64,000 nucleotides of DNA. It comes from Macrostomum lignano (Eukaryota). Every line of letters starts with the position of its first letter. The first letter of the stretch is position 1. This document shows positions 47,980-58,015 of this stretch, piece after piece. The position numbers and the translations under genes are program-made. Under the pieces are notes generated by a model. It saw nothing but the letters and a program-made list of their open reading frames with translations. It did not search any database and was not told where the DNA came from. Location: the NCBI GenBank assembly GCA_002269645.1, contig NIVC01000251.1, positions 124,001 through 188,000 on the forward strand, in the 5' to 3' direction.

Positions 47980-48499
47980 AGACGATTGGCGCACATGTAC
48001 CGACTGGTAATGCTCACCTTGCCGATTGAAATGCAATCGAACTGTTGCTCGCGGTTCCACACCAACTGGGCCTAAGTAAATTCCTTCAAGATTCGAACCA
48101 GCGCCCATGTCCTGGTACACAGATCTCAATGCCAAGCAGTCTAGCTGCTGCTGAAGCCACGTGGTCAGAAACATATTCGCCTTTTCGTTTGGTCTTTTCC
48201 AGCAAATCGCGCCACTCTGCTTCGGAAATGCCAGTGTCGTTCTCTGCGCTGTCGATCAAATTCTCCAACTCAACTGCCAGCGTTTGTCGAAGATTATCTG
48301 CGTTCATTTCCAAAGCTGTGCCTTGCAATTGATCCGACAGAGCCGAAAAGAAGCAGTTTCCATCACCTGGGATGCGCTTCAACCAGCAGGCAGATAAAGG
48401 CATCCATTGTGGTGTACGGCCAACTTGTAGCGTCGCTAGACTCCCTCGGTACTCCGTGTCATCTTCCAAAGTCGCGACACCTTTGAAGTTAAAAGGCAT
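47980..48499 (-). pseudogene. OTU-family cysteine protease domain
   Basis: IPGDGNCFFSALSDQL and, after one frameshift, RLHFNRQGEHYQSV; the D, C and H residues are retained. Confidence 0.85.
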
Positions 48500-49189
48500 G
48501 TACTTTTTGTAATCAAGAATTGGATCAGCTTACCTTGGTCTGACTTTACAGCACTATAGTGCTAGTGCTTTACAACCCTCCAACAACTGATATCTGCAAT
48601 TCCTGACCCAGCCGCGATCTGTCCGGATCAAGTCACCAGCAGTCTTGCCTAGAAGCGCTCTTGACCGTGCTCAAGGCTGTATTTAGTTCGTATAATTGCA
48701 TTGATCGATCGATCTTAACCATTTAAGCAACATTTTAAGTGACTACCGAAAACTTCACTTCCAAAACTCAAGTTATTAATCTTAATTTTCCATAAAAACC
48801 CACCAAACCAGCAAACAGTCCTCTAACGAGATTGGTTCGAAAATGGCGCTGTAATTGTTGATGATAGAATATTCGTTACTCGAACGAACCATAATCCTTC
48901 ATAATCGCTCCTCCCCAAAAATTCTTGAAGCTGAACTGCAAAAAACAACGTCAGTCAAACCAAATAAAGGACATCACAATACTACATACATTGACAAAAT
49001 GCAAAGTAGCATTTGTGGAATTTCTCAATTGAGAAATCTTAGATATGACCAGACAAAAACTGAGTCCTAGAAAATCTTGAATACCAATAGTGTCACTTGT
49101 AGATTCTATATCAGCTTTCTTTAAATTTCAAAATCTTGATTTAAAAACTATTACCCCCGTAGCAGACAGTAAGCTAAGACAGGCCTTAC

Positions 49190-49747
49190 CGTCAGTGTGG
49201 CAAAAACCTGCTTCTCTGAGTGCAGCAGCAGCTTCGTCCAATTCAGCTTGTTGTCTTGTTAGTTCATCCGTAGTAGACACGACAACAGGAATTGGACAGT
49301 CTGAAGCACATTAGGCCGAGTACACTAAGTTATTTGTTTATAATTGAAGCATATAGATTGCAATAGCATTCTAAACTTTATCATCCATAGTTTTATGAAA
49401 TCTGAATCCAACTATTCAAGTTCAGTTGCAACCTATTTGTCTGTGAAAACTGGCAATGTCAAGGAGTAACACTTACCACGAGTGTCGTCACACAATCCAC
49501 ACTCCTGTAAGGCAGCAGCAGCATTGCGCAATTCGCAGTCCACCGTCGCATTTCCTTTAACAACTTCCTTATCTTCACCAGCAGCAGCAGCAGCAGCAGC
49601 AACAGCAGGAGTGCTTATTTCGGACTCGGGAGCAGCAACGACAGGTTCGCCTGTCTTGCAATCAATAGCGGCGGCAGGCTTCTTAGACTCGAATGGACGC
49701 CCAAAGGTAACGCGCTTAGGCTTCCTTCCAGTTTTTTTCGGCGCCAC
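49190..49747 (-). CDS. Two putative 5' exons (49477-49747, 49190-49300), possibly the Helitron leader
   Basis: GTAAGT donor at 49476, CTTCAG acceptor at 49301 and GTAAGG donor at 49189 give an in-frame join. Confidence 0.35.
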
Positions 49748-50559
49748 ACTCCCTCATAATGGTTGAAAGTGTTAAAATTAAATGTTGCTAATTCATTTTA
49801 TTAACTAAAATTTTTCTTCTTGATTCTAAAACTGTAAATTGTGAATCTAATTTGCATTATGCATTGCATTGCATAAATATCTCTAAAATTCCAGTCATGT
49901 GTGTTAAAATCCAGAAAAAGATATTGATAAAAAATATAATCAGCCAAACTCTAATAAAGACCAATAAATAATTTCAACAATTGTACTTTTTAGAGTAAAG
50001 CCTAGTAGCATTTAAAGTTGTACAATACAAAGGAGCATCAAAAATATATTTTAACCCTAAGTTAAACAGACAGTTCAAACAGTTTTCTTAAAATGTGTAA
50101 AATAAATTTAGTCACAAAATGGTATCCATATCTTTTTTCTAGGCATTAAAACTCACTAAGTTTTGATACTATTCTACATCTAAGGAATTCCCAGAATCTC
50201 AGAAATATACAGTCAAAGATATAAAAAATACAGTAGACAATAAAGCATTTTCTGTATCATAGATGGTGTATGAAAAAAATAATAGCATAAGAGAAAATGA
50301 AAGTTGCAACTGTATACCTAAGTAAATTTTCAGATCAAATATTTGTTGTCAAGCAAAAAGCTTCCTGATGCTCAAGTTTTGAACTACATTATGGCCCGCC
50401 ACCCGAGCGACAACGAGACGAGGCGGCCCCGCGGACCCTTCAACTGCACAACACCATGCCGTCACCTCCCGGACTACCCGGGACAGAAGCACGCCTAGTG
50501 ACCATGCCACAATCCCGATGACGAAGCCTACTCAACTACAAACAACAGTCGCTCACCAG

Positions 50560-51282
50560 CTACGGGTCCCGCTTAGCACGTTGTGGGGTGCGCATGTACA
50601 AGCATTCGAATCTGTCAGCAGCCGCGTGGGTATCGACTCGAAAGCGCGCCACGCTGCGAAAATTTACTGAGCCGTCCTCTTCCAGCTGGCGGCGGTAACC
50701 GGCGCCGAACAACGACTCGCAGCGGCCAGCGGGCAGAACGCCCCCGATCGACGTTGACGCGGACCCAGTTCCGTTGCGTCCCTTCAAGGCGAGCCCTTCT
50801 GCCTGACAGGCCTTGCGAATGTCGTCGATGCTCGTGTCTGGCATTCGCTGGCGCGGTGTAAAAGCAATGGCCACCGACACGGCCGTCGCCATCGTGTCCA
50901 ACAACTCGGGCATCGGAATTGCGCCTTTCTGACCAGCAAGCCGCACGTGCCGGATCTTCGCACGAAGCGTATCTACCGACGGGTTCCGGCTCCAGTCTTT
51001 TCTAATGTAGCGCTTCAGGGCCGAAAAGACCTGTGGCCGCGTCAGCGTCGGCGATGTCTCGAGTTCGCGTTCGGCGCGGCGCAGGGCACGTCGTTGCTCA
51101 TAGTGCCGTTGGGCCCGCTCTCGCCACCTCTCAGCTCGCGATGGCTTCGCCGTCGCCTCCGACATGTCAAGGTCGTCGACGGCGGCGCACACATCGAGCA
51201 CGTCCTCCTCCGGGACCGCGGCAGCGCCGTCGGAAATTTCGCCATCTTCTCGCTCAGCCATTTCAGCTGCAACATGTAACAT
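50560..51282 (-). CDS. Orphan 240-aa ORF in a GC-rich island
   Basis: Long open frame, GC-rich within AT-rich flanks, preceded by an acceptor-like CTTACAG; no recognised domain. Confidence 0.45.
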   Translation of the reverse strand: MLHVAAEMAEREDGEISDGAAAVPEEDVLDVCAAVDDLDMSEATAKPSRAERWRERAQRHYEQRRALRRAERELETSPTLTRPQVFSALKRYIRKDWSRNPSVDTLRAKIRHVRLAGQKGAIPMPELLDTMATAVSVAIAFTPRQRMPDTSIDDIRKACQAEGLALKGRNGTGSASTSIGGVLPAGRCESLFGAGYRRQLEEDGSVNFRSVARFRVDTHAAADRFECLYMRTPQRAKRDP

Positions 51283-52009
51283 GTCGGTTAACTGTAAGTT
51301 TGAATTATTTTTGCGTCAAGCAGTGTTCTGACTCAAGCAATTTGAATAATATTTTTGTGTTGTTTTCATGAAGCTTTTAAAACTTTTATGTTATTATCGA
51401 ATATTCACGCATGTCAGTTCTACTGCAAGACTGTTTTTAATAATTTTTATAATTTTTATTATTATAATTTTAAGCAGTCCCTGCTTAACTGCACTGGCAA
51501 AACGCCCTTTCTATCTAACACGGTATTTCCAACTCGCAATCCTGCTTAAATGACTAAGTCAGAAAACCAGAGAAATCTTAATTTCTAAGTTACTGAGTAT
51601 TGAACCCAAGAGAAGAGAACGTTCGAGTTTCATCTTATATTTATACTAGTCAAAGTCTTTCCTTATTGGTTCCTCATTTTAACAACATTGAATTAAAACA
51701 AATTATTCGCCTCACTTAAAGAAAGTTTCTACGTTTAAAACAAATGGAATACTAAAACAAAAATATACGAGTATTTGTTAATTTGGCAGGAGTTCAACTT
51801 ACAAAATGTTTAATAATTTCATAGAATAAAATATGAGCCCTACTGCAATTACGTTTTTTGATTTTTACTAAATAATACCCTAAAAATATCTATTCAATTA
51901 CTATCAACCATTTTTTTGGAAAAATACATTTTTACAATTTTTTTCAAAAGTTACTTTTTAGTTACCGTATTAACGTTACATTAAAAACTTATATTTAATG
52001 AGAATCTAA

Positions 52010-52530
52010 CGCAAGTCGTAACGTTAGCAAGGACTAGGGCAAGATCTTCCCTCACAATAACATTGCTAGCATGTTTATTAATATCAGGGATGCACAGCCC
52101 GAGGTCTAGAACATTCTTGAGTATGTTCCCACTACGGTAGCTGACCCTGGTGCAATCACCATATTCGTTGAGAGTCCAGCCATTTAAATAGCTGTTTGCC
52201 TGGGTAGTTATACTGGGTGTCACCTAGGGCAAGGTGGTTGCAGTTAAAGTCTCCTATGAAGATAGTAGAGGGTCTAGAAAATATGCGGTCTAGAAGTTCA
52301 ATGTCTAGTCTAGTTGGAGTCGGGGCCCTGTAGAAGAGAACCACGTTGAGTTGTTTAGGGTTTTTGTTTTTAAGATGCAGTTCAAAACAAATGATTTCAT
52401 GGTTGCAGTTGTCAAAATATTTTTCAACATTCATAATTTCCATATGATTTTTGTAGAGAACTGCTAGTCCTCTTCTGCAGCTGGGGACATCAAACCGGAG
52501 CGTGGCATACTCAGGTATTTTTTTTCCTCT
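52010..52530 (-). pseudogene. APE endonuclease fragment of a related LINE
   Basis: RFDVPSCRRGLAV..FYRAP..IGDFNCNH..NYPGKQL..NVLDLG, clearly paralogous to 56755-57363. Confidence 0.8.
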
Positions 52531-54504
52531 AGGCAAGTTTCAGAGAAATTTTGAGACATTTTGATAACTAACTTTAAGTAAATTTTAGACTTAAATTTTT
52601 TTTAATATTTGTATGCAATTATTGCTTTCAAGAAAACACATGCTTTTATGATATTGTTATAAGACTTAAAAATCTGAAACAAATTCAAGAGAGCTGTAGG
52701 ATAAAATCAGGCAACAGTAGAGAGGGCAAGCAACTGAAATCAGAGAGGTTAGTATAAGTTTCCTAGTTGGCCGCAAACTAAGAACCTTACATATGATTAA
52801 TAGTAACTCAAACGAGGTAGAATATGCTTGGATGTTATTTACCGATCAACCATATAATTATATTTACTACGGCATTTTCAATGTTTGTATAAATAAGTAA
52901 ATAAGCAAATAAGCGAGCTACAAGCAGGAAGAATAAGTCTGAGACACTACGGTATAACTAAGCTACTCAAATACTCCTATTAATCTATTATATAAATTAT
53001 ATAAATATAATATATATATAATATATAATATATAATATATATATTTTTATTTATTTATTTATAAATATATAAATATAAATTATCTATATATAAATTACGC
53101 CTATCTACCTGGTCTGAGACCGATACGCTACTATTCATAAATCTATAGTCATGGCAGTGCTCAGTCTTACCCTCCGGTCACAGGTGTCTGCAAAAGCGGT
53201 CGTAGTGATTTACAAACTATTAAGCAATCCAAAAGTTAATACAAGTGGAATGGGCGTGTAACCTCGTGGCTAAGCTACTGGTTTTCTATTTGCTACTAAG
53301 GATTTTAAGTGGATTTACTGGTTGAGATTTGGTAGTTCGCTGCCACCAGGTTCCTGCTGTTCCCTAATTCTAGCGTTAGTTTAAAGAACTGAGTCAGGAC
53401 ACCGATAAGTTAGTTACCACAAAAGTTTAATAAGGAAGTAATTTACGGTACAAAAGTTGGTCTTGTTTTTACATAAATTCCCTATTTCCTTATTCCCGCT
53501 ATAGTGCTTTGGGCAAGACTCCCAGTTATAGATTTAGAGGCAAGACTCCTCTGTGCAAGCCTAAATTATATTTCTTTTTTTTTCTCCTTCTTACCGCTTC
53601 CTTGTAAATTTTTCAAGTTCGAGGACAGGAGAAGACACTCCAACATTTTGCTTTCCCAAGATTCATTTTTTCATTTTATATGTTCGAGCGCTTCAGCCCT
53701 ATTCCAGGGCTCTTACGCTAATATGTATTTTTATAATTTCACGATTGGTATTGGTGTAAATTCGATTTTGGTTAAAACAAATAGATAATGAATCTTAAAA
53801 AGCAATTTTACAGTTAACAATAAAACAAATAATGGATACAAGTATTCTATAAATCAACTTAAGCAATTAAAACAGATATTTTGGGTGTCTAATAAGGGAT
53901 ATATAAAAAAGAGTCAAGAGTCAATTAAAAAAGTGTAAAAAAGTTAATATTGGAATATTTAAATATTTAAGTATTTACATAAAATTCACAAAGTATCACA
54001 AAGGTATTTAGGTCTGTTTGGACTTGTCTTTTTACTAAATTTGCAAATTATCTGCGGATAATTCAAAGAGGGACAACCATGTTCTAAAAATACTACCGCA
54101 ATGAAAAGTGCAGACCCTACGAAAACGAAGTTTTCGCAACGGGAGTACCAGATTTTTGAAACTATAAATACCGTTCCTGATCCTACAGGAGCAAGCACAG
54201 CTTACTCAGTCTAAGTTAAGGGCCTTATGGTCCATCTGGTTTGGGGTTCCAGATTTAAAACGTCCCCCAGCCTGAGTGAGCTGCAGTACAGACTAAATGA
54301 ACTAAACTGAGTGCGGACAAAGCAGCCTTGTGTCCCTAAGGGGAATAAGCTCGGGCCGCCGTTCCGTCATACGGCAAAAATTTTTTGGCAAACTGTCCAA
54401 ACAGACTTGAGTTAAGAATAAATTTTAAACTTTTGCATTTGACCGCATTATTTCAACCGTGAGAGGATCTCACCCAGGAACGGCTCGAGGTGAGTTTTTA
54501 AATT

Positions 54505-57363
54505 TTATTGATTAATGGCTTTCCTAAATTTAGTAGTGACTGGTTCTTTAAACCTTGGTCTGCTCCAAACTTTTTTATCAGAGTGAAAGTCATGCACTTC
54601 TGTAAGCAGAACTTTTTTGTACCACCTAAGGCCTAGGTTCCATATCCTATCCCTAAGTCTAGGCATCTTGGTTGTTTCATGAAGGTAACTAATTTTTGTG
54701 TATCTAGGGGCACCAAGCACAATTCTCAGTGCCTGATTTTGAAGCCGCTGAAGTTTCTGCATGAGGGCATCAGAGGTGTTGATCAGGATTGGAGCACCAT
54801 AGGTCATACCGCTTTCAATGTAGGACCTATAAAGAAGTCGCAGAGCAAGTTGGGAGATTCTCGTATTGCGAGCTAGCCTTCGTAAAGCTTCGAGTCTGGC
54901 GATGGAGATGCCAGCAGCCTTCGAGATGTGATGACTATAGTTGAGATCCTTGTCAAGAACGATGCCAAGGAAAGTGACAGAATCGTGATAAGGAATCAAT
55001 TCTTGACCAAGTTTAAGCGGAGGTTTGGCGGGGCCAGTGGAGAAGTTACTCTTGTACCTGAAGAAGGCCATCGCCTTGCTTTTGGTGGGATTAATGGAGA
55101 TGCCAATGTCGTCGAGCCATTTTTTAAGTGCAACAAGATAGCTGTTCAACTTCTTAGCCGCAATCGCAGACGTTCTGGCGCTCGCCCAAACGGCCAGGTC
55201 GTCTGCAAACTGGCTTTTCTTTACCTTGATGTCACGCGATATAGGGATCGTACTGACGTAGATGATGAATAGCAGCGGTGAGAGGACTCCACCCTGAGGA
55301 ACGCCTGCAGCGGGCTTGAAACCTTCGCTGATCGCCCCTCCAGCCTGGATGGCGATTTCCCTATCTTCTAGGTAGCTGGACAAGGTCCTAATCATGTTGT
55401 GTGGCAGGTCACTCTCCAGGAGATGATACCTAAGATAGCTGTGCCAAACTCCGTCGAAGGCACCTTTGACGTCAAAGAAGACACCAAGTGACACATGTCT
55501 CCATTGCTTCATTTTTAGTATATCGTCTGTGAGTCGCACAATGTTGTCAAACGTACAGTGATCTTGTCTGTACGCACATTGGTCCTCATTAATAATACCC
55601 TTGTTTTCTAGGATAATTCTAAGATTCCTAGCAATAATCTTTTCGTAAAGCTTACCCAAGCAAGAGGTTAAGCTAATTGGTCTATAGTTGTTGATTTCAT
55701 TTCTAGATTTTTTTAGGTTTAGGGATCATTTTGATAGTTGCCCGCTTCCAGGCCTTGGGAAAATAGCCCAGAAGAAAGCTCGTATTGAAGATTTTTGCGA
55801 TGGATCTAACAGAGTCCGGACTGAGCCCTCGTTTGAGGACGATATTTGGGATCTGGTCAGGGCCGGGGGCTCCCCCAGATCTGAGATTTTTTGTTTCCGT
55901 GAGGACATCAATATCTAGTATGTTGAGGATGTCAGATTCTATATCTTCCTTATCAGGATCATCAGGGTCAGCCCTGTCCCTGTGGTAGGTCAGAGCTCTG
56001 ACCATGCAGTCATGGGGCCGGAAATTCTCATGATTTTCCTTTAAGACAACCTTTTTATAGAGTAGGGAATTGGTGTCCGGGTGAGGCTGCATTTGGTCCT
56101 CAAGAAAGTCTTGAAACAGGTTTGCAGTTTCTTGCTCAGTTTCAGCAGTCTTCCCTTTGTAGCTAAGGGTAGGGAAAGAGACTGGTTTGATGGATTGTCC
56201 GGTCATTTTTTTGACATCAATCCAGAATTGACGCGGTTCCTTCCTATAGCTAGTTTTAGCAATTTTCTGACACAAGTTTTCAAATTTTCTATATCTATGC
56301 ATTCTAATAGCATTTCTAATTTCTTTAGCAGCTTGGTTTGCCTGTACTCTAAAAGCGTCAATTCTGGTTTTTTTGAAAAGTTTTCGAAGCTTTCTTCTGT
56401 TCTTGATTTTTTCAACGATGTCTGGAGGAAGCTGTTCTCTCGGGTCTCTGTTTGGGACCACCTCTTCAATTGTTTCATGTATTTTTTCCGTGAGCTTGTC
56501 AACCGCGTTGTCTAGATCTTCGGGAGTAGAGATTCGGGAACGAATCATACTACAATTTTCTAGCTTATCTTGTAGAGCATACTTAAATGCCTCCCAGTCC
56601 GTATGCCAAAAACTCTTGCGAGGCCTGGGTTTAATTTTAGAGCTGGGGTCGATAAAGATCCTAATGATTATAGGGAGGTGGTCACTGTCGAGGTCATCGC
56701 CCACAAGGACGTCACTGACAGAGTTAATAAAGTCAGGAGAGCATATGCCTAGATCTAGGACATTACCAACCGTGTTGCCCCCTCTATTATAAATTCGGGT
56801 GCAGTCACCAAAGGTGTTAATAATATAGGGGGGGGGGGGTTAGGGTGATTGTCGAGCCAGTCATATAGCTGTTTGCCCGGGTAGTTATCTACACTATCAC
56901 CGCCTAGCATAGCGTGTCTACAGTTGAGATCTCCAATGATAAGGGATCTGGGTTGGGAGAGCAGCTGCTCAAGCAGAGTAACGCTAATGTTGTCAGGATT
57001 GGGGGCTCTGTAAAGAAGGGAGATCCTAAAAGTGCTGCAAGGATTATTATTAGGAGTTACATCGAGGCTGACAAGCTCATGGTGAGAATTGTCATAATAT
57101 TTATGAACATTTGAGATTTTTAGGGTATTTTTGTAGGCAATAGCCAGTCCCCTTCTACAGTCAGGAGTGTCAAACCTGATAATGGCATATCCTTGTACGT
57201 AAAACTTATCATTGTTTTTAAGATCAGTTTCTGAGAATAGACCAATGTCAATATCAACACTGTGCAACCACATTATAATCTCATGCATTTTATTGCTAAG
57301 CTTGTTACAGTTCAGGTGTCCTATATTTAGAGTGCTATTAGGAGAATTGATATCGAAAGCCAT
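54505..57363 (-). pseudogene. LINE ORF2 (APE endonuclease + reverse transcriptase), two frameshifts in homopolymers
   Basis: IGHLNCN, SETDL, GDLNCRH, SDHLP, PGPDQIPN, YRPISLTS, FFDVKGAFD, GVPQGGVLSP, QFADD. The shifts fall in G12 (56828-56839) and T7 (55708-55714). Confidence 0.93.
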
Positions 57364-57385
57364 TACGATGAAATATATTTCTTCT

Positions 57386-57931
57386 TCAGGGCTCAGATCT
57401 GCCTCCGCTCACCGAAGTGGCTTTGGCTTCACCTGCCCTGACAGCAGGCACTCTTCCCGGATTCATGAAGGTCGTCAGGACTTCCGTCACTACCCGAATA
57501 GCAAGCTGGCTTGCTTCCCAGGCAGTGAGCAGACGTCCCGGCTCGATCTCCATGATCCGGTTGAGTGCCCCGAGAACTACCTCGAGCACGTCCCCTTGAG
57601 TGAAGCCCCTCTCACCGTTTCCAGCAGAAGAGGTGGCGGCAATGTCGGTGTTGGTTAAATCAGCCTTGTTTGAAATCATTGCAGGCATCTTGGTCTTGGT
57701 GGCTACCTCGTCAAGCGGCGCTGTTGATTGGGCGGCAGCGGCAGCGGCAGCAGTGATTGGCAGTGCTGGTTGGACTGGAGCGGCAGCAACAGCTGTAGGC
57801 GGCATTGCTGATTGGACAGTTGCAGCAGCGGCAGCAGCATCGGACGCTTTGGAGGCTTTATTCCTGTACGCAATTGGCCCTAATGTTGGCACCTGATTTA
57901 CAGCCTCCGCATAAGTTACAGGGCCAGGCAT
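57386..57931 (-). CDS. ORF1 C-terminal segment (in frame beyond a single TAA)
   Basis: Same frame as 58016-60250, with 28 open codons between the stop and MPGPVTYAEAV. A SYAxA-like motif typically follows ORF1 knuckles. Confidence 0.6.
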   Translation of the reverse strand: MPGPVTYAEAVNQVPTLGPIAYRNKASKASDAAAAAATVQSAMPPTAVAAAPVQPALPITAAAAAAAQSTAPLDEVATKTKMPAMISNKADLTNTDIAATSSAGNGERGFTQGDVLEVVLGALNRIMEIEPGRLLTAWEASQLAIRVVTEVLTTFMNPGRVPAVRAGEAKATSVSGGRSEP

Positions 57932-58015
57932 GCCAAAAGTCTCTACTAATGATTGGGTAGGTTCTAAATATCTAGACTGAGCTAATTTAAGTTTTAATGT
58001 TTGTACCCTGTGGTG

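Larger units (their letters stand above)
42351..48499 (-). mobile_element. Helitron (Helentron/Helitron2-like) OTU-Zn-Rep-PIF1 polyprotein gene, decayed
   Basis: Six ORF pieces are colinear and separated only by in-frame stops (47653, 47627, 46741, 44166) and frameshifts (~48118, ~46675, ~44010, ~43610). Confidence 0.9.
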
